From Botryllus schlosseri (Eukaryota), in the NCBI GenBank assembly GCA_051294905.1, contig CM119383.1, positions 17,856,001 through 17,920,000 of the forward strand: 64,000 bases of DNA, given 5' to 3'. The notes under the pieces were generated by a model. The model worked only from the letters and a program-made list of their open reading frames with translations, searched no databases and had not been told where the DNA came from. This document shows, in pieces, positions 1 to 13,721 of this stretch. The first letter of the stretch is position 1; every line of letters begins with the position of its first letter. A program made the position numbers and the translations under genes.

Positions 1-693
1 TATTGTCTATGAAACCTCGTAAATGAGGCTTATTTGGTAAGAGTTGATTAGAGCAGTGGCTAAAACTGAAACAAAATAGTATATGTCTGGCCTATTGCAT
101 GATTTTTACCTATTTACCATTTTAAAAAGCCATCAGGCCGGCCATAAGGAATATAGTTGACTATACACTTTGACACAGATGAAGCAGCCACCTTCCAGAG
201 CTCTAAATATCACATTTTCCACTGTACAAAGTTACTCCATTCTGATAAAATTTGACGGGGTAACTTTGGACATCACATTTTCTTGTATTGATCTAAGGGT
301 GAGCCCACTGAGGTTTTTGTCATGGATTAAGACTACTTAGAGGTATCTGCTGCCAAGTTTTGAATCTATGAATCACATGCTATCTATGTTTGGTTGTAAA
401 GTTTGACGCCCATCAATTTTGATGAAATTTACCCCCGCCATTAATTTATCAATGTTGGGTCAAGTTTATCGGGTAGTGAAATGAATCCACCTTCTATTGA
501 GACTACTTCAAAGCCGACTTAACCACAGTCGGAGCAAGGTGACAGTCACAATCAACAATGAGATAAGAGTACGGAGTCGGAGCTTCAATTTTGAGCCTCG
601 GAAAAATCAAGAGTAAAATTTGTGTGACTCTTAACGACAGCGTAGATTTTACAGTGAAAGCAACACTTGCGAAAATCAGTTACCGCAACCTAC

Positions 694-3364
694 CCGTAAC
701 AGCTTGGAAGACACGCACACCTCATTGCAACCATCTTCGTCACATGCGAACATGGCCGACTGAAGACAAAACCAACATACAGACAATACGTCAATTGGGA
801 ACGTGATGACTCAAACAACTTACTTCCACTGCAAAGGAGTCGGTCTGGCTGGCAGTCGATTCCCGTATATCAATCAACTGACGAGCCATAATATTGCCTG
901 GAAAGTGAAAACATTCATATTCATAAATAATGGACGGACAGACAGACAAGACAAACAATTTATTGCATCGTCAAATATAATAAACAAATTGACTGTAAGC
1001 ACAAAATGGCAACCAGAGGTGGTCAAAGTATTCATCCAAGGTACTCAAGTAGAAGACGTAGTAATGATGTAAATTTCTAGTCCAGTACAAGTACAATTAG
1101 CGATTTACAAGGAAGCAAAAAAGTACCAGTACGTATTCTAGGGCTAGTTTTCCCTAAAAATTTGAAACTTCCGAAGTAGAAATTAACGTAGGCTGCTGGT
1201 AGCCTAAAATCATAACTACTGTCGCCCTACCTCGCCTAGACATTGCTCATTGATCATTTGCTACCATCGTTTAAATAAATGTTCTTCTATTTTCCTTTTT
1301 TAACTAAACATTTTTTACAGCTAGACTGTTCACAGTCAAGTGTACCTGTTTGATGCTGGTGTGATCAGACTAGATGACCTTCATGGTCTTATCGATCATT
1401 CCTATCTAATAGCGAATACTGTGCATGCATATTTTCTGTACCACAATCACTGCCGTTTGTTATGTATTTTGGTTGGATGAAAATAAAGACTCCCTAAAGA
1501 CTCTCTCTTTCTGTAGTAGGCTAAGTAATGCAAGTACTCAAAACCTAGTACTTGATTATGTACTCAGAAAAAGTAGAAGCAAAAAGATGTCTATCTAATA
1601 GGAGAGTCATATACAGAACCTTCTCAAGCTAATATTATCAAAGAAAATCGAGACAATACAAGATCGAGCAAGTAGTCCATATAGGAACGCCAAAAAAAAT
1701 CAATAAATAACTGGCTACCTGTAGATTGATCCTCGTACGAGAGAAAGGTCGCCGCATTTTTCGTGAGCTGTAGAGGATCATCGCCAACTATCGCCATTGA
1801 ACCCACGTCTCCCGTATTGATTTCCAATGTAAACTGGTGATTGTTTACGGTGTCTTCGGTGCCCATTTCAAATCCCAATTCAACTGTAATTGCAAGCTTA
1901 ATTAGTGATATATATTAGCTTTAATAGCGGCATGTGATAGCGGTATTGGTGCTATACAAGAACTTACCATGGTCAACAAGTGGTACACAAAGGTCAGTAA
2001 TGAATATAGACCTCTTACTAATCTCACTGCAATCAAGGTTCAAAATCATTATTCTGTATTGAAGGATTCCTCTCTTCAAACATATTTTTGCAACAATTAC
2101 TTATCTTTAAAGCAGATTAATGATATATAAGCAACTTCTGTAAAGTGGGCACCGCACCATTAATACATTGGAAGGTGATTATTAATATAACCATTCCAAT
2201 TTCCATGTAATTGCAATTAATTACACTAATTTTGCGTTCATATTAGACCTGTTGGCAGATGGTTCAACATCTCTCACTTTGTGTCTGATCCTAGAGTTTC
2301 GGTTTGGTCCTAGTAACATTTCATTTGAAGATACCACAAGACCCTGCTGGAATCTCGGTACGTTTTGCCTAATATGACAGGTGAGCACTGAGCACTGAGC
2401 AGCGATGATTCTCCAAGTTGAAGTAATAAAAAATAAATAAAAAATAAAGAATTGTGTAAGCACAGGACACCAATTCCATACAGCACAAGATTGCGATACG
2501 CTGAAAGTTTTTATGAATGAGTCAAAATAACAGAAACAGAACTTGTATGTAGTACAGTTAAACTGCAGAACATACCAGACTTGTACAAGTTATCGAGATT
2601 TCAATATGTGCAATTGGAACTAGAACTACTCACTTTTCAAAGCTCGCAACTAAACCTAAGGACCTGTCGACCTTTATAAATCCGCAACTAACTATAGATT
2701 CAATTCTGAAGCCACTTAATAATTTTTATTTCATCGGAATGAGATAGGATTTTCACAGGAACATGAGTATAAGTTTCAAATGGGAGGGGTTTTGACCCCC
2801 AAACCCCATTGCCTGGCTATGCAACTCCAACTGTTAATTCAGTTGTGACCTGTGACGGCAGTTAGGACTCATAAGGTCTGACCTAGCTAGGCCCTAGGCT
2901 GCATCGCTGCTTGTAGATCACACAACAGAACATTAGTATCACAATTTACGCCAAACGATGGCACGTGTTTTCTAGTTCACTAGTCGTTGGGCATGGGCAA
3001 CTAAATTTAGCTTTCAATGTGCAAGTGCAACTATAACCAATTAACCATACAACTACTCTCGAATTCTCCCAAATCCGTAGTGAGCACTACCGGAGGGTAC
3101 TCAAAAAAGCAGCATAGTCGGCCTTCAACTAACTAGATAGTTTGTACAAATCTGGAACATACCAGAGCGTACGATTTCTGCAACGGTACCTCGAGTAGAT
3201 ACATTTTTAGGATATACAGGGTCATTGCAACAATATATTTCTGTGTCATGTCACTCAGCAGTTCAGTCCTGTCCACTTACCGGCACTATCGGCTTCCTGG
3301 GAAACATCAATATGTAACATTCCTTCCGCATCGTCCATGATGAGGCAAAACTTGAGCGCCGCAG
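694..3364 (-). CDS. Probable exons of an unidentified spliced gene (partial; ends not resolved)
   Basis: Phase-consistent chain of AG..GT-bounded open exons: 3364-3281 (AALKFCLIMDDAEGMLHIDVSQEADSA, donor GTAAGT), 1883-1719 (ELGFEMGTEDTVNNHQFTLEINTGDVGSMAIVGDDPLQLTKNAATFLSYEDQST), 897-824 (NIMARQLIDIRESTASQTDSFAVE, donor GTAAGT), 759-694 (SAMFACDEDGCNEVCVSSKLLR). No family recognised. Confidence 0.4.
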
Positions 3365-3849
3365 CTTTACGGCAAAGTAACCAATATGCAGGTATACAGT
3401 AACATTTAGTACCACAGAGAAGATCCGTCTCCCATCGCAGTCACCACCAATTAATGCGAAATACGTAAGGATTATGGGAGCAGCTACGACCCAAACAACC
3501 TTCGTTCTGTGACCACTTGATGACTCTAAAGAGAAAAAGTTTGTTTGTTTGCAATGCAGCCATCAACAGCAACAACAATCATTGGGTTATAATTTTCATC
3601 TGAACAAGTTACACACAATGTACAATGCGGTAAGACACAATGCAATGTAACGAACAGATAGGAGGATGTCGAACGGCACGCATCAGTAGCGATCCTTTAC
3701 TCTAACATCCACCTCGGCCTAGAGTGCCCGATGTCACAGTTCTTTTCGATGATGATCATTTTTGAAGCCGCGGTCCTTTCTACTAGTTCTTTTCATTCCT
3801 TGTGACTGCTTTATTTCTTCGGGCCATAGCCTTTATAAGCAGTATAAAG

Positions 3850-4817
3850 TAGGGATGGTGTGAACGTGAGGTCAACGTTCGGGTTCTGTGTGTGAACCTC
3901 AGAAATTGAGAGGTTCACGTGCACAAACGAACCTTGGTAGGTTCTGCACTGTGAACCTTTTTCATATATTACAATTTACACTTCATTATAACATCTTCCG
4001 TTGAAATTTTTTGCATTTGATGAACTGCGGGCCACTCCATGCATGGCGCTGGCAGCATGAAATAATCAACACTAACGAGCATGTACCTTGACAATCTCAA
4101 AAATTTTAATTGCTTTGTTACAAAATTTTGCTCGAAATATCCGGCTTTCCAATGGTGGATATTTAGTGACTCTCCGCTGTGAGCTTGACCATCAATCACA
4201 CATCATCAAGAGCGAAATACACTACATGTAGGTGGTCAGCGAATGATTTTTTTCCCCCAATCAATGAAATTGATATGGTTGTCTGGTGTAAAAAATCTAA
4301 CAGGCGTTCGAGGTCAATCTTGATTTCAAATGTTTATTGTATCATAAAAAACAAATCTGCGCGATTGGAGTGTTGACTACTGCTGTGTAACTCGTTAATG
4401 GGCTATAGAAACCCGTTTTAAACTCTCCCCAATATCAACGTAGCAATACTCAAGATGTCAAATACATGGTCCGGTCTGGCATAGACCGTTAAGTCGTAAG
4501 CTTATATTCCCTTGCAAGTCCTCGTCGAAATTGTTGGCAAAGCTACGGATAGATATTGATTTTATAAATTTTTTATATCATTTGATTGCCCCAGTTGATA
4601 CATTTGGCGACGTTTGAAACGTCAATATGTAGGCCTACTTCAGCACTGTGGTATTATGTGGCCGAGTCGTCGCTAGGTATCGTGTAGCCTACATTAATAG
4701 GCTATCACTTCACTAAAATGTAGGGTTGTAATTAGCAATATGACCCGTGACGTCATGGGGTTCACTTTCGCGTTCACACGAACCTGAACCTTTCAGAGGT
4801 TCACTCCATCATCCCTA
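3850..4817. mobile_element. Non-autonomous hAT element (TAGGGATGG family), copy A
   Basis: TIR TAGGGATGGTGTGAAC at 3850 and its imperfect reverse complement ending 4817; perfect 8 bp TSD GTATAAAG (3842-3849, 4818-4825); subterminal GTGAAC/GTTCAC motifs; homologous to 6695-7692 in opposite orientation. Confidence 0.85.
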
Positions 4818-4997
4818 GTATAAAGGCTATGATGCAGCATAACTACGCATGGCAGAGCCGCACAGCTACGTTGTAAATTGCTACATGTTTGCAGTGTGTA
4901 CCTCGTAGCTTATTAAATTATTTATAATCGAATACCAAGCCTTAAGTTTTTCACATATATAAGTAGCCTATAGAAATTTTTAGATGACCACTAAAAT

Positions 4998-5141
4998 ATG
5001 GCGCTCGAGGCGATAGAGCGTCAAAATGCGCTGCAAGCCAATGGGTTGCGAATTCGATTCCGACCGAGGTCGATTCCAGAATTCCGACCTAAGTGCTGGA
5101 GGTTTATCTAGCCTCCTTCTATCCATCTTATCCATGTAAGT
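4998..5141 (+). mobile_element. tRNA-derived SINE, 5' part (split by the 5142-8075 insertion)
   Basis: tRNA-like head with B-box-like GAATTCGATTCC, then GAGGTCGA..GGAGGTTTATCTAG body shared with copies at about 22140-22310 (+) and 55810-56051 (-). Confidence 0.6.
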
Positions 5142-5859
5142 CAGGGGTGGGCAAACTTTTTAGCTCGCGGGCCGCATTCAACATTTGAATCCATCGGCGG
5201 GCCGCACTATATGAAATTGGGATACTACGCCAAAATTTAATATAGGCCTACTTATTTGGTTATATAGTGAGCGATAACATGGAAATAATATATATTTATT
5301 CGTGATGTATTTAAGACAAAGCAAACATTGATTTGATGATAACGTGCACGCTCCAGAAACATTGACGAGAATTGATATGCTGGTCGTCCTCATATCGTCA
5401 AAATTAGGGATGAATCTAGGTTGTCCATGATCATGGATTCTTATAATTGGTTGTAAATTTGAGTCTGTGAGCAGCGATTTGTTCGTAGATTTTGCTGATT
5501 GTACTTTGGGTTTGACTCCAGGACACAAAATGCTGACAGCATAACCATATGTTACCTATAAATACTCTTCTACAATATATAAATATTATTTCTACGAATA
5601 CTTCTACACATAAAAAACGAGTCTATCTGAAACACTCGCGAATCGCTTTATCCAAATACAGCACAAAAAGTATTAAACTTGCTCGTGTTGTCAAACTTAA
5701 ATCACACTTGTAGTCCAAATTAAGTCATTTACGATTCACGTTCTGTGATGTTTGGCAATTGAATGCTTTCAAAGTACATGGGCCGTGAGGTCAGGCCCTC
5801 GTGCAATCAATATAATCAATATAAAATACTATGGTAGAATATAACTCATCATAATAATA

Positions 5860-6630
5860 ATATAACTTATCATGGGAGTCAATGCCTCTTCATGGACAGC
5901 ACAAGAAGTTAACTTCACAGCCCCATGTAGACGAGCTTTCATGGACCTGGCTATCCAGCTCTGGTCTGAAAACGGCAAGCGAAGGATTCATTTTCGCAGA
6001 GACCAATCGCTTCCTACAAAATACTATCGCAAAAGAATTCTGAAGCAAAACACGGACGGCAAATGCAGAATGTGCCACAACCAAAATGAAATTGTGGCAC
6101 ATCTCATGTCCGGCTGTGGTGCACTTGCAGCTACCGAATACACATGGAGACACAATAGGATTGGTCACTACATTCATCTTGAATTATGCAAACATTTTAA
6201 CATCACCACTTCGACAAAAAATTGGTACGATTACAGCCCAGCACCAGTGACAGAAAACGACCAGGTAAAAATTTTGTGAGATGTACCAGTTATAACTGAC
6301 CGCGAAATCAGAAGCAACCGCCCGGATATGATCATCAAACTAAAAAAGAAAAGAGAATGCTTGTTCATTGAACTGGCTGTCCCAGCTAATCACAATATAC
6401 AACAAAAAGAATCAGAAAAGCAGTCCAAATACGCAGACCTCAAAATGGAATGTGAGAAAATGTGGCGATGCAAAATAAACATTGTACCGATAGTCATTGG
6501 CGCTACAGGGGTCGTAAGCAAAAAACTCATGAGACAAATCCCACAGATTCCGGGTAACGTTCGATTCGACATGATCCAAAAGATCACGTTATTGGGCACT
6601 GTGCATATTCTTCGGAAGGCGTTGACTAAA
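5860..6630 (+). mobile_element. 5'-truncated, decayed R4/Dong-clade (RLE) non-LTR retrotransposon
   Basis: Translates as W..LHGQ..WLSSSGLKTASEGFIFA, a frameshift near 5995, then DQSLPTKYYRKRIL, CCHC knuckle CRMC-x8-H-x4-C, RHNRIG, an in-frame TGA at 6277, and a restriction-like endonuclease NRPD..IELAVP..K.KY..PIVIGATG..ILRKAL. Confidence 0.85.
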
Positions 6631-6694
6631 ATTATACTAGTGAATCACAGCATCATTTCTGTAATTTCGATTCTTCATTTTCAATCATCTCTAC

Positions 6695-7692
6695 TAGGGA
6701 TGGTGTGAACCTCTGAAAGGTTCAGGTTCGTGTGAACGCGAACCTTTTTGAAAGGTTCTGTGTGAACGCGAACGTGAACCTCGTGACGTCACGTGACGTC
6801 ATATAGCTAATTCCAACCCTATCTTTCAATGAAGTGATAGCCTATATTAATGTGCACAATACCTAGCGACGACTCGGGCCACATAATGCCACAATGCTGA
6901 AGTACATTTTGGCGTTTTAAACGTCGCTAAATGTATCAACTGAGGCAATCAAATGATATAATACTCCCATAAAATCAATATCATCCTTCGCTTTGCCAAT
7001 AATTTCGAAGAGGAGTTGCCAGGGAATATAAGCTTACGCCTTAACGGTCTTGACCAGACCGGACAATGTATTCGGTGTATGAGTATTGCTACAATGATAT
7101 TGGGCAGAGTGTAAAACAGGTTTTTATACTTGCTACCGATATTAGGCTACCACAAAAGTTATACAGCTGTAGCGAACACCTCAATCGCACGGATTTGGTT
7201 TTAATGATACAGTAAACATATGATGTGAAGATAGACCCCGTACGCTAGCTAGATTTGTACATCAAAAAACGATATCGTTCTTATTGATTGGTTGAATAAG
7301 CATCATTCGCTCTCTACATGTTATGTATGTCGCCCGTGATGTTGTGTGATTGCGGGTTGGCTCACATAAGAGAGTCACTAAATATTCACAAACGGAAAGT
7401 TAGATATTTCGAGCAAAATTTTTGTAACAAAGCAAGTAAAATCTTTGAGATTGTAAAGGTGCATGCTCGTTTTGAGTTGGTTTTTTATGCTGCCGGCGTC
7501 ATTCATAGAGTGGCCCGCAGTTGAAATGCAATAAATTCGATCCAAAGATGTCAATATGAAGTGAAAATTTTAATATATGAAAAAGGTTCACAGTGCAGAA
7601 CCTAACAAGGTTCTGTTGTGAACGCGAACCTCTAAATTCCCGAGGTTCACACACAGAACGCGAACGTGAACCTCGCGTTCACACCATCCCTA
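6695..7692. mobile_element. Non-autonomous hAT element (TAGGGATGG family), copy B, inverted relative to copy A
   Basis: TIRs TAGGGATGGTGTGAAC / GTTCACACCATCCCTA; perfect TSD ATCTCTAC (6687-6694, 7693-7700). Confidence 0.9.
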
Positions 7693-8075
7693 ATCTCTAC
7701 CTATGCTGTGTAACCCTTGCCAATTCTTCATCTACTGCAATTCTGTAATCTGACTTAGACTCCATGTATTGCATAGGAATAACAATTTGACTGCATTACT
7801 GAAATTTTAAAAAATTTACTCCAATCTCGCCATTTTCCTTTGGGTGCAGGTTGCTCCCCGGATTATGTGTGTATTGACCAGTTTCTTACTGTGAATAAAG
7901 AATATAACTTATCATGTCGAAACATACTAAGCAGAAGTTTAATCAAGTACCAACAGTAATTTGATATTTTACGCATTTCATCAATATTTTTACAACTTTT
8001 ATTGAGGCTTTCGCAGGCCGCACAAAACAATGTGGCGGGCCCATGTGGCCTTGGGCCGTAGTTTGCCCATCCCTG

Positions 8076-8180
8076 GTGTTAGTGGTATCTTATAAAACCC
8101 TAAGAGCGTGTCGTGCTACAAAGTCGCTACGGAATAAAAACGAAGAAAATCAGCCTGGCGTAAATGACCATATAGTAGGC
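8076..8180 (+). mobile_element. tRNA-derived SINE, 3' part
   Basis: GGTATCTTATAAAA..CGTGCTACAA..CCTGGCGTAAATGA matches the 3' half of the copies at 22140-22310, 55810-56051 and 59880-60014. Confidence 0.55.
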
Positions 8181-8455
8181 GAAAAACGCAATGCATACCA
8201 GAAACAACAACGCACGGTCAAAAATCATAAATCAAGCGGTGGTCTGTTGGAGAGGTGTAGAAAACGGGAAAAAAATCCACTTTATTTCGCCAGACGTCAA
8301 GCAACCTTCATCAACTACAGTAACAACTCCGAAACTATAAAAAAAAATCACAGCGAAACGCAATGTATGTGTGTTGGTGAGATGATTTTTCATGGCACGC
8401 CAAATGATTTGACGCACACGACATACAACAAATAATTAACCATGTTTGTTGCAAA

Positions 8456-8645
8456 CAATGTTCCCTAAGCTGCTCACGCGCGCAATTGCGCAGTGCGGAC
8501 ACGGTCCCTGCGCACAGAATATCTAAGTTGCGCACAAAAAATCCGAAGTGATGACTTTTTTTAGTCGTTACGAACTGTTGTCCAAGGGACCGCGCAGTGA
8601 GTTGGTGAGTGCGCGCACAGTCGTCAAAAATTAGAGGGGAAATTG
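8456..8645. mobile_element. 190 bp hAT MITE
   Basis: Ends CAATGTTCCCT / AGGGGAAATTG; perfect TSD GTTGCAAA (8448-8455, 8646-8653). Confidence 0.75.
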
Positions 8646-9739
8646 GTTGCAAAACATTTATGTTTTCAAAATTATTTGGTGAATCAACATAAAACAGGGT
8701 CTTTTGGGCAAATTTTATTTATCTTTATATTTTTTTCGTGCCATTGGTCGATTTACGGGGACCTAATTTCTCGATTGTAATGTGATAAAACCGCAAAAAT
8801 GTAAATATGACAACCTAATATCGTACGAAACCGTTTGAATGTAGGCTATTAGTCTATAGAGCTGTGTAGGCTACTGTGCAGCCTGCTGGAGTGCGACTAT
8901 TTTGTGAACCAGCATTTCGGAGCTGAGCATTTTCACGCTATAGGATACACACGTTTCGGGCAACATGCGACCGCCGACCATGCGACTCCGTGCGCTGTGT
9001 GCGCTGGCAAAATGATTGTCGGAAATAAAACCGTGAAATAAAATAACCGCCGCATGTTGGCCAAAACGTTAGTCCAGCGCCCGCATGCGGCTTGAGCCGC
9101 GCATATCAAATGAGACCGGCAGACGGAAATAATATAATGAGTCCGGTGTCAAAATGCCAATTTAGAATTTTCTCCTGTATAGCAATGACAATACTTTTAC
9201 CGCGAACTTTGTAGCGTTGCATACGGATCTAGTGTCGAACCAATTGTGACATCAAACCAACTTGTATGATACAGGGGTGAGCACTTTTTTCATCATCAGA
9301 CCATATCATCGTAACATCTTTGATGGGCTTGTTATATACTTATTGGCGATGGTACCCAACACAGGACTTGGAAACGACCAAAGCAACCAGAGAAGATCGG
9401 CCATTATGCGACTAAAATTAAATAACGCGCAAATATTACGTACACTAGACCAGTGGTTCTCAACCTTTTTCACCTCGCGGACCGGTCAAATTTCGAAAGA
9501 TACTTGGCGGACCGGTGGACATTAAAAATTGAAATCAACCCAAAATGCAATGTAGGACTATGTATGTATATGCCCTTCAGCCGTTTTTCTGCAGGTATGG
9601 TACTGCAGCAGGGTTGCCCATTGCCCAATCGTGTGTTGCTATTCACGGCCGCATTTCGATTCCAGGACATATTCGTAATGACCCAACTAGACGCGAAATA
9701 CCCATGTTAAACTGTCTATGTCAATTTCTGGTGTGCTCC

Positions 9740-12700
9740 GGACTAATATACTTTTTCATATCGTCTTACTATACGCACCGAAATCGCTATAGTGGTCATG
9801 TCATGAATAAATAATGACTACGATCGGGGTCGCGCGAAACGCGAAATTTTTTTCCGATTCACGAATGAATTTCGTCATTAACATTCGCAGTTTTACATAT
9901 TACTATCAAATATTTTTCATTTTACCATTTTGATTTTTTTTTTTCAAATTTTCGGACGAGATGCGTGAATGTGGCTTATTATCGGACAATCATGTGCATT
10001 TCATATAAACCGGCGATGGTATCTCGTCACCGGCACCGGTATAGTTCAGCTATTTGACAGACAGACGGGAAAAGAGCAAAGAGCGATAGTCAATCAATAT
10101 GTGGATTGTGGATGCTAGTTAGTTGTCTGCGACATGCCGCTGCTATGCCCGAGGCATTGGAGGGATACCGCAAACGAAGCACAATCCGTGGTCTATATCG
10201 AATTCGAAAAATTCCCTCATCTCTGATCCTGTTTGCTGGCAGAGACCACTCCATCGATCAAGATGAAGATGCAACTATTATGGATAGTCCCGATTTGACT
10301 CAACATGTTTCCTCGCTACTAGAACAGATCAGTCATGATTTTGGCGACCCATCATTATCACATAGGTTAAACGTTTTCAGCTATCATTACCACATACGTT
10401 GAACGTTTTTTGATGATGATTCACAGCCCCACATTATTAAAGTTTAAGCGTTATCCTTCATCGCCTTGATTGACATGGATCGTCATTCATCCCATTTTCT
10501 TCTGTTCGCGTTTTTGTTATTATGAGTGAAAAAAAAAACTAAAAAAAATCATGATTTGAAATATGTATTTGATTAAAATCGATTTTATTCAAGGGCAAAA
10601 TGATTTTGACCAGAACCCTAGCTAACTCCCTCTTGCAGACTACAATTCAAACTACTCTGTTTATTAAGTAGCCAGAAACAAATTGTTTTTAAAGGGATGT
10701 AGCCTATGATTATTTATCAACTATTGAAGCAATCCAAGCAGTTTTCTGTCGCCGATACCGCTGTTCAAAGAGCAGAATACATGACACCTCACTTAATTTC
10801 ATCAACTATATAAATAGAACTGCAATCAAATTCTGTGTATTTGTGTAATCATTCGGAGTCAAAACAACAGCTCTCGAAGGTAATGGTGCAGCTGTGGAAT
10901 TATGATAAGTTTAGATCTGGGCTCTTCTACTGGGTGTATCGTACACCTCAGGTGTACCATAATGTTTGAAGAATGTACCACTTTGATGGGGTGTACCAGA
11001 TAGGCTACCGCATTACAAAATACCAATGACTAGTTATCACAATATATAGGTCAATTCATAACAGGTTGACTTGATGTGCCATATCGTCCAATGTTGATAT
11101 CAACTGTGTGATGGAAAATTACATTCATTTTGTGATGTCACCAGGAAATGTTTCTCCTCATTATTTAATTGTTGGTAATGGGCTTATTGGTTCCTTTTGG
11201 AGTAAAACAGGATTGAGTTAGGAAGTGCTCAGCATGCGATATCTGTCCATAATGATTCTATTGGAAACTGCCGCGATTGCTTAGACATCTTGAATTGATA
11301 CTTCCTGCCCAGATGGTTATAAAAGCGGAGTGTACGTACATAATTGCAGGGGCATAGCCATGGGGTCCTCGGGTCGAATTTGAGAACCACTGTCTTAGAT
11401 GGTGGTCCAGGAATTTGAATTGGTTCTCAAATCTCTGAGGGATTTTAATTAAACCAGTGGTTCTCAACCGCCGGTCCGCGACGACTTTTCTGTCGGTCCG
11501 CGAGATATTTTATACTCCCGAATTCGAGATATTTTATTTAATCTTAAAATTTTCTCGGCGCTTGGCGTGATTCAATGCAATTTCATTTTTCGATTTTAAT
11601 AATCGTAGCGCCCTTTGCAATCTGAGCCCCACAGTACAGATGCGAACATCGGAGGAAAATGATGCTCCCCATCAGGGCCGTAACAGCACTTCGCTCCCCA
11701 GACCCCCCTCTGCCTGTTCGCTTATTACCACTACTTACTTATCCTCGACATTAGGGGGCGTTTAGTGGTGCAGTTTTTCTGGCTTAAACGCGCGAGGCGC
11801 GAGAATTTTCTATAATTAATGATTCAATCGGTCAATATGATCGGGAATTGCATATCTGTTGCTATCAATATTTATCCTCTCTCTGAACACGTAATAAGAT
11901 TTACAGGTAAAAGCTGAGTAAGGTGTGTTTGAAAAGGTAGGACCCCTCAATATTATAATTAAACATCTTCGGGCGTATACCCGTTAGCAGGAATGAAACA
12001 GCACTTCGTCAGGCCCCGCAAAACATCTTGGGTCTGAGGCTCCCATAGGGTGATAAACCTACCCCTCCCCCCATCACCATAACGTAGGCTATGAAACTAA
12101 AAGACGTACACCATTTCAAATTGGTATTTATTCACTGGCATATAATTTTTCCCTGCGGGATGGTATTTGTCTTGTGAGATTGCCAAGACAGTATGTTATA
12201 TACATAACGGAGTTTTCGGTCAGCATTAAGGCAGTCCTTTTCAGCCAAGGTTTACTCGCTGTCGATCATTCTGACACACTTCTTTGAGTCGCATGTTACC
12301 CAAAAATTAAGATAATTGGCAACTTGAAATCGCGCAGAGCGCGAAAAAATTTTGAAAAAGTTGCATAAAGTTTCAAAAATTCACTAAATAATTTTGGGCC
12401 CCCTTAGAGGCCCCCCCCCCAATTGGGGGTGTGGGGTGTGGAAGTTACGAGCCTGCTCCCCATATTAAAATGCCAACTTTGGAACGTGCGCTCATCACGA
12501 AAGAAATTTGTTTCTGGTACGGGAGATTCTATAATATCTTTCCACTATACCGACGATCCTGATTGGAGTTTGAGAAATGACTATGATAACAATTGGCGCA
12601 CCTGAAGATGCATCATCATTTATAACTTGCCCTAGATTTTCGTAAACGCTCCCTCCATCAACTCTATCCATGAATCTGATCGCATTGGCTGAGAAAGGAA

Positions 12701-12875
12701 AATATTGATAGTAATATGTGAAACTGCGAATACTAATGAAAAAAATCATTCGTGAATCGGAAAAGTTTTCGCGTTTCGCGTGACCTTATCCGATCCTAGT
12801 CATTATTTATTCATGACATGACCACTATAGCGATTTCGTTGCGTATAGAGACGATATGAAAAAGTGCATTAGTCC
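9740..12875. mobile_element. About 3.1 kb element with about 130 bp terminal inverted repeats, composite interior
   Basis: 9740-9870 (GGACTAAT..CGCTATAGTGGTCATGTCATGAATAAATAATGACTA..CCGATTCACGA) is the reverse complement of about 12745-12875; TSD not visible because another MITE abuts the right end. Confidence 0.5.
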
Positions 12876-13721
12876 AGACTTGGACGACTAGATAATTCTA
12901 GTTGTCTAATTTCACTAAATTATAGTGAAATGAAAGTAATCTAATCCTAATCTAATTTGTGAAATGTTTCGATGCTCTAATTCTAATCTAATTTGTGAAA
13001 TGGTCCTATGCTCTAATACTAATTCTAAACTAATTTGTGAAATGGTCCTACGCTCTAATTCTAATTGTAATCTAATTTATTGTTTTACTGAAAATGCCTC
13101 GTTGTCTGCGACATTTTGCAGCTAGTTAACAAGAATATCCCTCTCGCGCAGGGAAATCTAGTGCGAACTGCCAAGCCGCCATCGCATTACTTACAGTACA
13201 CCGAAAGTACGATCATAGTAGTAATTGTGTCGAATAACAACCATGGGTTAGTACAACGCCGAAGTCGATTCTGCGAGTGCGGAATAGTGTTGTTGGACAC
13301 AGGCGAATCGCATATTTTGAAAAAAAAACAATCATTTGAAACTGAAATCAATTACAGCATTTCAAAATGCTTTACGTCGCGTTTTTCAAAAATCACACAT
13401 CAGATTGCCGGTAGCATGTGGCCCGCGTCTTGGTGAACCCGGGTGAGTGCAAAACGAGCCAAGCTTGGTGTGTACAGACGTTGTGATGCTTATGGGAACG
13501 CGCTGTGATTTGATATGAACTGAACTTGATTTTTGCTGTAGCCTATTTAGCGTTCACAATTTCATTCAGCTCCCAAGTTTTTGCGAATTCAGTAATTCTA
13601 ATTCTAATCTAATTTTGAAAATGCTGTGTAGCTCTAATTCTAATTCTAATCTAATTTGGAAAAAAGTTGTTGCTCTAATTCTAATTCTAATCTAATTTGG
13701 AAAAACTGTGTAGCTCTATAC
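12875..13721. mobile_element. Truncated MITE with CTAATT(CTAAT) subterminal arrays
   Basis: Starts CAGACTTGGACGACTAG, like the complete copy at 33024-33402; repeated CTCTAATTCTAATCTAATTT units; right end missing. Confidence 0.5.

Larger units (their letters stand above)
5142..8075. mobile_element. hAT (Buster/Charlie-like) non-autonomous element carrying nested insertions
   Basis: TIRs CAGGGGTGGGCAAACT / AGTTTGCCCATCCCTG; degenerate TSD ATGTAAGT / GTGTTAGT (6/8); the SINE sequence resumes exactly after the right end. Confidence 0.7.

Noticed and set aside
9451-11392. Single hAT element bounded by CAGTGGTTCTCAA ends
   Set aside because: Flanks CACTAGAC and TCTTAGAT match only 4/8, so these are probably ends of different copies.
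12900-13720. CTAATT/TTAG-like arrays as interstitial telomere
   Set aside because: Not a telomeric hexamer; they lie inside a TIR element with a complete copy at 33024-33402.
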